The position numbers were made by a program, and so were the translations under genes. 64,000 bases of DNA, taken from assembly GCA_964276515.1 (NCBI GenBank), contig OZ193909.1:20460001-20524000 (forward strand). Direction: 5' to 3'. The first letter of the stretch is position 1. Each line of letters opens with the position of its first letter. The stretch is from Gordius albopunctatus (taxonomy: Eukaryota). This document shows positions 39,326-52,707 of this stretch, in pieces. The notes beneath the pieces are model-generated. The model made no database searches. It saw nothing but the letters and a program-made list of their open reading frames with translations, and was not told the origin of the DNA.

Positions 39326-40831
39326 TAAAATGGTTTACAAATCTCACGAATGAATGTTCGTCATATGTTTTTTACACGATGATCACTATACATTTTTGAA
39401 GATAAGGTAAGAAGGGTTAAGTTTAAACCAGGAGTGTTAAAGTAAATATTAGGATTAAAATTGCGATAAAGTTATAACATGGTTAATTAGAAAAAAAAGT
39501 AAAATGAGAATTTTAAACAGGCTTATTAATAGATTTACAAATCATGCAATACATTGAACTACTTAGGTTTTGGATTATTAGGAAGTCTAATAAAATTCTA
39601 ATCATATTTATACTATTAATCTTAAAACTATGTGCCTAATCCTTATTAAATATTAATTTGGTTTTTTAAATTATAAATATGGAATGTATCTTCTATATTT
39701 GATTCTAATCACTATATTTTTTCATATTTCAAACAAATGCAGTATATTGCTTCAAGGGCATAATCCCGAATTTTAAGGCTACATTGGTCTCTAACATTTT
39801 TTATAAAAAAATTGACATTACTCAAATTGTATAGGAAAATTTTTTTAACATATAATCAAGAAAACTTGGATAGATTTATTACAAGTGCAGGCAACCAAAT
39901 ATATTTCAATGCCCAAAAATATCATCTGTACTTAAAAATCAACATTGTATGGTTACAACTGAGAATCGTATTTAAAATAACATACTGTATTTCGCATCAT
40001 AAAAACTGAAATATTTCAAATAGGAAAAGTTTTAAACTTATTGAAAATATCTCAGAGGGTCAACAGGGTAATAGCTTTTGAAATATTTTCTTAAAAAATA
40101 TACATTTTCTTCTGGTTTAACTATATTTGCATTTTTATTAAACTCATCAAATATTACATACATCTATTTAATGCTAATGAGAAGACCCTTTCGGGATTGT
40201 TTTATTTAATATCCAATTACAAGAGCAAGTGTCTTTTGAGAAAAATAAGTGCGTTTATATAATCGCGTATTAATTGAATAAACAATTAAATTTGTGTCGA
40301 GGTATAAATAAATCAATTTAGTGGTGTCTCCGCCAGGTATGCTTGATTGGTCAATTAACGTCGTGAAGTAGTAAGGTAATGTAAATGAGACAATTAAGTC
40401 AATTGACGCAACAACCCCTTCTCAGGGGGTGGAGGATACCACAATTATTTTAAATTTTAGAGAATGCAGCCCCCCCTGTCAAACCCTGGCTACGCCAATG
40501 TTATTAGGTAAATAAATGAATATTAATTTTAGCTTTACTCAGTAGTTTGATTTTGGATTAATAATGTTTTATAGCCCCTGCCCTACAGTTCATTTAAAAT
40601 TTCCAACATTTTCTAACTTTTTTCTCCACTTCACTAACGCTTTATAATACACCGGTCCCATGCTGAATTTAATGGATAAATAAATTTTGAATTTAAACTC
40701 AATTGTTTCTTCCTATACTTCCCTTATAGGTATTAATTAATTTGGGATAGACGCGAGGGGGGAACGATGAAGAATAAAAAGAGGGTCTTGAATTATAGTG
40801 TAATTCTTAAACTCTTTTACGGTTTTAGCGT

Positions 40832-41248
40832 TTAGCAAACTGTGTTTTGTTCTGTGTGTGTGGTAATATTCGAGCGGGTCCAATGAACGATTTGACCTAG
40901 CTGAAAGTCATCATAACAGGGTTCTCGGGACGGACCATCGGCAGGGTTTTTGTCGGTGGGCACCCATTCCAGATTTTGTTTGATCTTTATCATGTTATCC
41001 AGACCCATAACATCGCATATTTTGGTGAAGGCATATTCTAGATGTGGAGCATGGGTGCTCCCTTTCTTTACTATGTAGAATGCTGTGCGGGAGTCGGTTA
41101 GAATTTTGGGACAGCTATGTGGTGAGTCTACAGCCGCTTTAATGAATGCTAGTGGGATGGCTACTAGTTCCAAGAGGTTTATGGTGGGTATGAGATCGTG
41201 GACACCGAAGATAGCTTCAATATCAAAAAATTTTAATTGTATTGACAT
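40832..41248 (-). pseudogene. RNase H C-terminal relic of a second hepadna-like retroelement family
   Basis: INLLEL..A, PKILTDSRTAFY and LEWVPTDKNPADGPSR align with the frame-corrected C-terminus of the pol at 15185-15500. Confidence 0.78.
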
Positions 41249-42517
41249 TTACAATTTTGGGCTTGTTTTAGATGCAATGCCGTTTTCTATGCAAAATCGA
41301 AAGATTAACTAATAAATAATTCTATAGACTGCAGTATATTAACAATTTTAAGTATGGCTTAATAGAGGCCTGCATCCACTTATTATATCTAACGAGATGG
41401 ACTAACTAATTATACAAATAAAATTAAAAAATATATTTTATTAAATTTAAAAAAATAATTTTGTGTACTTATAAGTCATATCTGAGACTGTGCTAAAACG
41501 GGCGCCGAAGGTACGATCTTTCTCCTTCACTATCCATTAGGATCGCCAAAGTCAAAATTTATTATGTATTCCTGCCATTTTAAATAACATTTGAATAATT
41601 TGTACTAAAATGGCTAGAAGAAGGGTGGTGAAAATAAAAATAATTGAGATTTTCTAATTAGAACTTAGATTATTATGAACAATAAATTGCTTTATAAGAG
41701 ATGAGAAATTGCAAATATCCCAGTACCTTGTCGTTCCAAATTAAGATATGTGTACAAGCATGAAAAAAATTCTCAAGAAAATGCGATAAATATATCTATG
41801 CCCTAGCAGCATCTTAATGAATTCAATGGCAAGACCTTCCAGCAAGTCCGCTCGGATTAAGTTGGTCGTGGTAGCCTGTTTTTTTTGTATTTCAAGTATA
41901 AAAAAAAGCTGTATGAATTTTGACGTCACCTGCATGCCAGTATTAACTCAAACAATATTTCTACCTTATAATTATTGATTAATGTATATACAATTTTATG
42001 TATTAGAATTTTTTTAAAGTAGGACTACGAGACGGTGTCATCTAATGTGTGGTAACATCGGAGATAGGAATAAAGATAGCAGTGCAGGAGCTCACCAAAG
42101 TTAACCAGAGAGCATGTACATTCAGAAATATAAGCTGAAAATCCTAATGCTCCGTGGTCGTTGCAATGATTTTGATAGAACTTAGGTAATTTACATTTGT
42201 ATCCCATGCCATAAGAGCCTAGTTAAACAAATACGATATCCACAGTGATTTTACCATTAAAGTGGGACGTATTAGCACGTTACGTATATACATATAGGAG
42301 TATAGGATTTTTGGTAAAGGCAGGTGTTAAAATCGTCTTTATATTTTCATCTAGATTGATTAAGAGACAAACTTGAATTATTTTTTGTAAACGTAAGTCA
42401 TACTAAGAAAAATTAGGGATAACAAATTCAAATCATAATCTGATCACATTTATTACATTAAAAATGTAACCTATTAACTCTTCATGTGCTTAACATCTGT
42501 CTCTGCTGCGACAAAAT

Positions 42518-45500
42518 ATGGAAGGAGAAAATTGTGATTTTTCTTACCTACTTAACTTAGAGCCATTAACTTTAGGAAATTCTACTCAAATACCAGTTGC
42601 TTTGAAGGAAAATCCCATTGCCTTACTTGAAAGTATAACTAAAGGAGATGATGGAGATAATAGGATTTCAAATGTAAAATTTGGTTTAAAAAGCAATATA
42701 TTTGTTTAGGATGCCTCTAATCAAAGAGTAGATTCGGATGATAATTTTTTAAATGAAATATCATCTCAATATATTCAAGGCGTTATTTCATTTGATTTGT
42801 ATAAAGATATATTGAGCAAAATAAGGTTCAAAAAAGGTATGTATATATATTAATTTAAAAAAAAATATAGCTGACGTCACGTAAAGACAATGCTAAGGGC
42901 GGCAAAAATGTATTAGAAGAAGAATCTTTTGATGAAGATAGTGAAGAAGAAAGTGATGAAGATTATAAACCAGCATCTGAGGCTGAAAGTGATGTGAATA
43001 TGAGTGATGAAAATGAATTAAGTAAATCAGATATCCAAGAACATCAGAAAACCAAAAGAGAAGACAAACGTAAAACACGATTACCTAAGCATTTACAAGG
43101 TTTAATGGGAACTGCGAATCTTTCTTGGGTTAGTGGCAACAAAATTGAGGCAGAAAATATTTGCAACCAAATTATCCAGTACACTAATAAAAATTTTATT
43201 AAAATTTTATTAATAAAGAGCAGCACCTTCAGCTCATGAGCCTTATAGTTTGTTAAGTTTAATTTATGAAGAAGGAGGATTGTTTGAAAAATCAAATCAA
43301 TATGCTCTGATAGCGGCCCATCTTGATTGTTCAAATTCTCCAGATGCTTGGATAAAACTTGCAGAAAATGCCAAAAAAGATGAAAAATATAACATTGCTG
43401 CTGATTATTATAGAAAGGCAACGGCAATATTTAGAAAGTACTTACTGCAAAAAAAACTTTTGGAAGATAACATTATCAAACAATACATTGACACACATAA
43501 TGAATCAGCCATTTTACATGAAAAATGTGGTGAAATTAGTAAAGCCTCTCGAGGTTATAATACTTTTTACAATACTTAATGCATATTTGTTAAAATATTA
43601 GACTATCAGAGCATACTAAATCTTATAACACATCAAAGGAAATATAAAGATTTTGTTGATGCAGAGTATAAATCAATTTTTATAAATACAACCCAAATAT
43701 TGGCCAAACTCCATCACTCAGCAAACAACTTTAAAGAAGCCCATGCTTGTTTGAAAGTTGTTTTTGACAGATACGACATGAAGACTATTGATATTGGTTT
43801 ACTTAATCTCTTCGTAGATATGCAGGTTCATATACTCTTTCCATCAAATTAGTGCTTTTAATCAATTATGTTACTTGCACATTATGATACCTTTATTGAA
43901 AGTACACTTCAAAAGTAGCTTATAATTTATTTAAAAAAATAATTTTTATTTTTATATATCAAGTTGAATCAATTTTACTACCTTGAAGCCTTGCAATTGT
44001 TGGGACAATTTTGTGGCATAGACTGGACATTGCCAGCCAACACATCTCAATCCAACCAATTATCAGATTACCACGGAGTTTCCATTTCAACTATGATACC
44101 TTCTAACTTTCCCATAGATTTACAAGTCAAATTAGTCATATGCCTAATTCACTTGCTCAAAAATCCACAACATCCTGGCGACTATAATTTTTCCGTTCCG
44201 TTTTACCAAAATTTGCTGGAATACCTGGAAAGCTCGGTGCTAGAAGTTGAAGCCAACGCCTTCGGAGATTTAATTATAGATATAACCGAAGCATACCGGG
44301 ATTGCCTGGGTGGGAGTAAGCGACAGCAGGAGAACGATGTATACGGAGAAAAAACTTTTTTAAGTTACGCTCGGGTATTGCCTTTTTTCCACAAAATTTT
44401 GGGCCTCAATGCCGGCGATGGTATAAGCGTGGCGAGAGCTACCACTTATACCAACGTCCCGGGCATTTGGTTGGGGTACGGAGAAGCGCTAGAAACCCTG
44501 GCTCAGCCTCGACTGGCAGTGCGGGCCTTGGAAAAAGTTGTGGAGTTAGCACCACACCATCAGCTATCTCAATTTAAGCTGGAACGTATGAGGAACGAAG
44601 TGAAAGGTAAGGTTGCAGGCAGGCTCAGGCCTTTGCTTGTAAAGTTATTCAAAGTCTTGACTTCACGGTAGATGGTTTAGTTAATTAAATGAATTTTCGT
44701 CTGAGACGGCTCGTTGATTAAATGTTAGAACCTGGTACTTCTGACCGCCTGAATCTCAATTCGTCCCGAGATGGGGTCGGCTCAGGAAAATTTAATGAAA
44801 TCATTGTGCTCGGCCCGAACAAAATCCATTATGCAGCATGGCTTAGTCACCAGACATTTGGGGGATTTTTAAACCTATAAACCCGTCGGATAATTATAAT
44901 TGCATTGTCTCTGTAGAGTTGATTCTGTTGATGTCATTCGATAAAATCGGTCGGTTTGGATTGATAACCTAGGAGGATGGATTGAATATTCAATATTATG
45001 TTAATTCAGTTAGTTATTTTAATCATTTGCCCGCATTAGTATCGGGGATCGAATCTCAAAGATCGACGAAAACTCGATCAGAAGTAGTTGGTGCTGGGAC
45101 TAAGGAGGAAAAATCTAAAAAATCCGTGCACGAATCTGCTCCTTACCCCGCTCCACCTATTACGTTGACCATGTTGACTAACATCCTGAAAGATGTAACC
45201 GCTTGCCAGGAGTGTCTGGATCAGTGCTCGCAATATTACGAGGAATTTCGGATGAACCTCGAGCCGGGGGCCAAGAAATCGGCGGCTCGTGTCAATTTTT
45301 TGAGCCTCGGCCTCTCCATTTTCTTTTCGTTGGCTAGCGAAAATTTGTCGATCCCCAACTCTGAAACCTTTTACAAGGCCCTAGCTTTAACCGTTGTCCG
45401 CGAGGCCGAGCTCAAGTTGGGGGTAGATCTCTAGAATTTTACTCACGTGTTGATTTAACTTGGTTTATGAATAAATTAGTGGAATTATTCATCGTAGTTT

Positions 45501-46810
45501 ATAAAGCTTTGGGTCAATTAAATGCTGCTTAAATTTTATTATTATTTCTTCTTATCAATCGATTTCACATTGTAAATCGAGTCTTGTTTTAGATTAACAA
45601 GGAACCGTCTACCCTAATGGATGATGATGATGCGTATAGTATCATAGCCCTACCTCCCGGCATCAGGGGCAAGTTGGATCGGCTCTTTCAGCTTCTCGCC
45701 GCTGAACTACGTCCGAAAGACGCGAACTCGCCCCATAGCGTCGAAGGCTGCCCCGGGGTAACGGACGATCAGCTGTTTTTATATGCTTGTGCGATGGGAT
45801 GCCTTGGGCAATTCTCCAATCCCAAAGTACGCGAAAACCTGCGCTACCAAACGCTAAGCGCCGCTTTTTGCGCTCGACGCTGGCGCTACGCCCTCCTTTG
45901 CGTCAAATGCTCTATATCCATCCTCACCAAAGCGGATTGGATGAGTAGACAGCACTCCACTAAATCGCCGGTGACCCCGTCTGCAAGCGTCAAAGTAAGC
46001 TCGATGATACGCTCGCTCGGCGTGCTAGTAGCTTGCGTGCAGCAATTGCAGACCCGTCAACTCGCGTCATCGTTGAGCGACTCGGGCTATTTAAGCTGTT
46101 CGGTTGTGGGCATTCCAAGGGGAACGCACGCTTCCATAGCGCGTAAACTCTGCCTTTTCCTACTCAAACAACTCCGTCTCTACCCACCGACGCAACTCCC
46201 GTCAGCACTCCACACCCTAGCTGAGAGGGAAGAATTAGGCTTTTTGCTGTCTTGGACCTACGCCTGCCTCAGTCACGGCATAGCCTCGTACGGTGTAGCT
46301 TGTTTCGAGTATAGGCGAGCCTTGGCTTTTCTCTCCGAGTCTCCCAGCCCTCCTCGTCAACTCAGGTACGTTCACTTGAAGCCTTTGGTATTACTGTCCA
46401 TGGCTACCGCCATGTTGGAATTAGCATGTGGCCCCAAAATGTTTTGGCTAGGCCCATATCCGCCACAAGCAACGAAACATAAAGACAGCAATAACATGTG
46501 TCATTCCATGATCCCTCTCTCATATGCTTTCGTATGCCTATCGGCTTACGCCAGCCTCAGAGGTCCTTGTCAAGAAGTTTTTTACAACTTGGGCCGGGCT
46601 TACCACCAAATAGATATGCTTTCGCAAGCGGTGGAACACTACAACGCCGCTCTTACTTACCCCCCTCCCGACGTATGTTCGGACCCTTCCGTTAATTCCC
46701 GTTTCGATCTCACTCCTCGCATAGCCTATAACCTCGCGTTGATTTATAGATCGATAGGTTCCATTAAAATGGCGAGCTACGTTAAGCAAAAATATTTGAC
46801 TATACGATAG
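42518..46810 (+). CDS. GTF3C3: TFIIIC TPR subunit (Tfc4/TFIIIC102), multi-exon
   Basis: Acidic N-terminus; RLPKHLQGLMGTANL; EPYSLLSLIYEE..ALIAAHL; FGDLIIDITEAY; C-terminal GPCQEVFYNLGRAYHQ..DL..IAYNLALIY. Internal exon borders are only partly resolved. Confidence 0.9.
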
Positions 46811-47791
46811 TCGGTTTTGTAATACATTTGTACATATGATATCAAATCTAAAAATAAATCTATACGATGATTGAAATGTAATGCCATTTAATCAAAAAAT
46901 CCCTATTTGCTAGGATCAAAGCTTTTATGGAAATATTTTAAGAGAATCGGATGAGGTACACTATATAAGATTTGAAATGAAGGCTTCTGTGATAAAAAAC
47001 AATGTTATAAAAAATTGTCAAATTTTTTTTCCTCAGGACCCAATAATTTTTTTTTGCGAAAACAAATTATTTTTGGGAGAGTTTTAAACAAGTGATTCAC
47101 CTAACTTAAGATCTGATAATAATTATTTTGTAAATGACATCGTCTCAAAGTGAAAAGGGGCATGAGTGTAGCCAGAGGGTGGCAGGAAGGGACGGCTGCC
47201 CTCCCTCCAAATCCAGAAATTCCTAAAAATTGATCATAATTACGGCTTTGATTCCACAAAATGATCATTCCCCGCCCCCCCTCTCTGGTTGCAATCCGGC
47301 TATGCCCATGAAAAAGCCTTTCGTCGCCAATAGCATGCCCTGACCCTCAACATCTTTTACCTTTATATCATGGAGATTGTCCAGTATAAGCCTGGCTTAT
47401 AATACAGCTGACGATAAGCAAAATTTTGCATTACCATTTGGAAGGACCATGAGCGTAGCCCGCATTGAGATCAGAGGGGGGGAATGAATGATGATTTGTT
47501 AAAACAATTTTTGAATTTAGAGGGGCAACCGCCCTTCTCTGCCCCCCCCCCCGGGGCAACACCCATAAGGAGGATGATAAGTAAGTTTAACATGTGATTC
47601 GATCAAATTGAAAAGCTATTAATTGCATGGAAGGCTGCCTGCTTGTTTATCGTTTTTATGGTCATTAGTTTACAATTAATGGTCATTAGTACAATCTATA
47701 CAATTATTATTGAAGATTACAAAAGATATACATCTAATTCGTTTTAACAATAAGAATTCTGACGTAAACGTATTATTTTTTATAATTAAAC

Positions 47792-48380
47792 TAGAGCCCT
47801 GCACGGGCCGCCCGACCCGATCGGGCTTCGGACCGGGCTCGAGCAAAATTTAATAAAACAATCGGTCTCAGCCGGTCCGACCCGAAGCCCGGCCCGAATT
47901 GACATGGCAAACTAATCTTTTATAAAATATGATCTAAACAAACTCAACTCGATATTAAATAATAATTATCCTCGTACACCATACATAATATAGCTTCCAA
48001 GTTTCAGCTTTTTTCCCCTGTCTATTAATATATTCTGACCTAAATTGCAAATCTCTGTTTTTAAATATATTCCTAGTAGCCGTTACTACATTAGAATTAA
48101 AATAGGGAAATATTTCAAAAAGTGTTTTATTTGGAACTTTTAGGTAAAATATATTTTAAATAGTTAGATATCCAGTTAGCTGAATAAATTGTAGTGAGTG
48201 AAAATTTTATTTTAAACTTATCCTAATTGTAAATTACGAGAAATAACAATTTATTGCATTAAATTTTAAAATAATTTTTTTTTTAATTTTATATATGAAA
48301 AATCGGATCGGTCCCAAAAATTAATAGACGTTCGGGCCGGGTACGGGCAAAATGAAAACTGAGATGTCGGGCCGGGCTCT
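47792..48380. mobile_element. hAT-like MITE
   Basis: Starts TAGAGCCCTGCACGGGCC and ends ..CGGGCTCTG; same family as the copies at 12.7 kb and 33 kb. Confidence 0.7.
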
Positions 48381-49102
48381 GAATCCCATATAAAAGTTTA
48401 ACTATATAAATTCTTTTAAACGAATTAATAGAGTTTAAGCATAAGCATTTTTATTTGTTAAAGATATATTAATACCTATGTCAGCCACCATCTATATTAA
48501 TTTTTTATTTTATTATAAAAATGTTTAAAATTCATTCTATATTAGGAATTAAAATAAAACATAAATAATGGTATATTGCAAATTGATATTGTTTTCTTGC
48601 AATTTATAAATTTATATAACTTACAACAATTACCAAAAAAATGCATTTGTTATTAGGAAAAATTTAAAATAGCATATGCGTTTTGCACATTAAAATTTTC
48701 AATTATTACCTTAGCACCCTTTTATAGGCAAATAAAACCAATTGTATTAATAACAAATTTAGAAGTAGATGGCAAAGTTTTAAGATAACTTTTGTCTATT
48801 GGTAAACCCAAATTAGTTTCTAAAACTCAGATTTACTTAAATTCCCTTCTGATACACATTGAGAAAATTCTGGATAGTTTTAGTCTCTCTAGACAATTAC
48901 ATAGGAACTACGAGAATTCCTTGTTATGCTTTTTGCAACTTATCTTGACCTCGCCATTTTAGCATCAAAGCAAAATTTTATGGAGTTCACGTTCAGTCTT
49001 ATGATATATATATATATTAGTATGTGGAATCTTTTACATAAACGTATGTGTAAGAATAAAAAACGAGATGTTTGAGCAGAGCAAAGGTGGGTGTCGTTAC
49101 GC

Positions 49103-49395
49103 CTACAATTGAAGGTGGTAGTAGTGTTTTTGTGCTTCCTCCATCAAGTAATGCCATTTTGTAATGTCTACCCCGGGCTTCTCAATCACTGCTCGCCTTT
49201 GAGAAATTTCCGATTCTTCTGACGATCCATATTCTACCCTAACTTGGCCTATCATGTGTTTGGACAAAAGATTAGAATTATAAACCGTAAAGCATACACC
49301 GGTCTTCGCCGCCAACTGTCCGTCCTTTCCTTTTGATTGCTTTGCACGTGCTAGGTTGCAAACTTGACTGTGTTTCGCATTTTTCTCAATGCCCT
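49103..49395 (-). CDS. Possible terminal exon or relic of a synaptotagmin-like C2 domain protein
   Basis: FTVY..L.K..IGQVRV..GS..E..Q..AV.EKPG..ITKWHYL resembles the end of a C2B domain; the frame is open from an AG at ~49396; upstream exons were not found. Confidence 0.42.
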
Positions 49396-50012
49396 ATATC
49401 AATTTTTGATAAATTCCCATTTAGATGCTTTAATGTCATTGTTTGGCTATCTTCTTTATATGTTTTCCCATTGTCAAGAGATGGAGATGATTCATTATTA
49501 TTATCTTCAGCTATAAAGTAAATTTATATGTGATTATTTAATGACCGGCATTTTTTAATGAGGCAGTGTGGATTGACAAAATGAATTATCTATATTGCAA
49601 TCAATCATGCCCAATTAACCATGATTAGTAAACTAATATTTAAAGGTGGTAGGCAAAACAAATGTAAATTATTGGTCTGTTTAAGTCTTGGAATTTTATC
49701 ACATTTGAATCGGACGATTGTTTAGGACAATAGGTTGAAATAACGTGGCATTATAAAAATTTTACATCTCTTTAGGACATTTATTGCATTCGCCACTTTT
49801 AGTGCAAGAATCAATTAAAATTGTGTAAACTATAAAATCGAAATTATATTGCATGTTAAAGATCCTAAATACACTGGGAACCTCAAAATGTCCATGCAAT
49901 ATGCTCACACTACAGTTATTTCCGATTAAATTATGATAAAACACTGCCTCTTTCCTAAAAACTATAGGTGCTCCTCCCCCTTTTAGCACGAATCCGTTAT
50001 TTTATGATACAA

Positions 50013-51254
50013 CTAGCTGTGCCCGGGCAAGCGTTGCTTTGGCTTAGGTTTTATTTGGCCAAATGAAATTAGTGGGTATCAATAGGAATCAAATATGAAA
50101 GAATTTAGGTTATCTGTATGAGAGTTTATGATGTAAAAAATATTTTCTTCATGATGTGCAAATGCATATTATTTAATTTAAAAGGAAAATGCATATTTTT
50201 TAATTATAATTAAATAGATTTATAACAGTTTAAATATTTATTAGGTAGCGATCTTTGCGATAATATGCATAATTGGGAGACAAAAGTGTATAAGTTAGAA
50301 GCCACGGGGCAGTGATCTCACCAAATTTGGTGGCAATCGGTCGAGAACTTTAGGAGTTATTAGAGGCCGACTTCAATTTTTTTCTATAACTCTATATTCC
50401 AATTTTCAAAGAACACGATAGATACGCAGTACGTCATGAGGTTGCATTTGATTGACATTTTATTAAACGTCAAAACGTATAAAACGGGACTAAAAAGAAT
50501 TTTAGGAATCTGAAAAAGCTATTTTACCCCTGGCCGCCCTGGGCATCTACTGCTAAATTTTCGCGCGAATCGAGCCGGTAGTTTCAGAATTTAGCCCTAG
50601 AGGCCTGCAAATTCCCTTTTTTTCAACTCGAACCCGACCCGACCCGAAAGCGTTTTTTTTAATATAAATTTTGCAAATAAAATAAGTATAAAATTTTAGA
50701 TCCACATAATAATAAATAAAACTTACTTTTTTGTTGATTCATGAATATTTAGTTATATCTTTATGTAGTTAAATTTATAATCTACTCTATAGACTATAAA
50801 CAATAATAAATACTCATTTGTTAATATTTTACCTTTCGTGATTCAGCTTTAAATTTAAATTTGCCTCCAAATTAAACGAATTAAAAAATCGAAAAGGAAA
50901 TTGATTCTACGAATGAATGATTATAATTAGTTATACAATTCGATAGTGTATAACTAAAATTATAGATAATAGCATTAATTTAACAAATACGTTTCGTTCA
51001 TTTTGTAATGGAAGATTCATATCTTTTGACCCGACTCTAGAAATGCAACCCGAACCGAAGTGTTTTTAAAATTTAAACCCGAACCCGATCCGACCCAAAA
51101 ATTTAAACCCAATCCGACCCAAAAATTTAAACCCGAGCCGATCCGAAAGCGTTTTTAAAATTTAAACCCGACCCGATCCGAAAGCGTTTTTAAGGGTTTC
51201 GGATGAGCCGTGCAGAATCTCTAACATACATACACTTTACTTTATATATATAGA
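50013..51254 (-). mobile_element. Non-autonomous Helitron with a nested hAT-like MITE (~50598-51222)
   Basis: The minus strand begins TCTATATATATAAA after an A and ends GCAACGCTTGCCCGGGCACAGCTAG before a T (5'-TC..CTAG-3' in an A|T site). Confidence 0.7.
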
Positions 51255-52707
51255 TGACAAAATTACGCTAATTTTTGGATTGGTGAATACATTTATCTAT
51301 TTTAACGATATAAATTATTTTATTACCTGAAAATTTTAATAAATTCACTTAGAATTCTACACTAAAATTCAAAATTTTTTGTTTTAAATTTAAAAATATG
51401 ATTTCATAAACCAAATATATTGAAAATGAATGAAAGCAAATAAATATTTTACTTTGCCTAATTTCTAATTATACAAGTGAAAGTAACTTGACAGCTTTTG
51501 AAGAAATAAAAAATAAATCTTAAAAACTAACATACAAAAAAGAAATTTCATTTAATATGAATTGAAATAAATAAATAAATAAATAAAGAGTATAGCTAAC
51601 TTAATAAAAAAATTAATCAAAACTAATTATTTTTTACTATACTGATAGAGTAGATAGACTCCTCATTCCACATATAATATTGCAAATGCTTAATTCCGTG
51701 TCAAATTTTCCTCCATTTTGAAGATCGGAACTGGTGTATTTTAACCCCATCTGTAGTTTGGCCTTATAACAGTCAATTCACCTTTCTCGCTACTTCATAA
51801 ATTAAAACGAACGTCAAATTAATATTAATATACAAAATTATTCAAATTTCTATCACAGTTTTTACATTTTTAATTTTTATGACTTATTTAAATGATATTT
51901 ATTTTAAAATGCTGTTTTTGGATACCTATACAATTCAATATTTTTTTATTTACCTTTTTAAGATTATTTAATTTGCGAAAATTAGGAATCACTTTACCCA
52001 AGATCTCATCAAAATGGTTGAAATGATAAGCAGTCTGTCTATCTACTCTATGAGACTATAGGTACTACTTCAGACATAATTGAGTAAATTAAAGTGCTTT
52101 TTTTGATATTTTGGAGAAAAAATAAAAACTTTTTACCAATATATATATATGTGTTTACAATTATTTATTCTTATTGCGAACTTACTTAATCAATTAAAAA
52201 CTATCAAAATTAATTTATTTATCGGAAATTTTTTTTAAAAATCTTGTGTGACTAAAGGGGGGGGGGCAAAGGGTAGCAAAACACACGGAGGGTTAGGTAT
52301 TGTAGAGTCCAATTAAAGATAATTAAATTATTGCAAGATTTGTCTATATCGTGAAATTCACCTTTCAAAATGTCATATATTAAATTGATTTGTTAAATTT
52401 TAATTAATTTATAATTGATTACAAAATAAAATAATTATTATTTCTATTGTTTTCATCATTATTATTTTATTTTATCTTCATTCTTCTAGTATATAAATAA
52501 AAAATTTTTACTGTTTTTTCAATAACTTTTTTATATCGTTCTATATATCTTATCTAGTAAGTGATTTTTTTATATTATAAATTAAATTTAATCATTTCCT
52601 TTGTATATAAAAATTCTTTTTTTTGATTTTAAACCATATAAATTATTAATTAAAAAAAATTAATTAATGTATTTTTGTCATTAATTTTACAATAGAAAAG
52701 GTTTATC

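Noticed and set aside
41480..42230. Small minus-strand gene head-to-head with GTF3C3
   Set aside because: There are coding-like patches but no consistent exon chain or recognisable protein.
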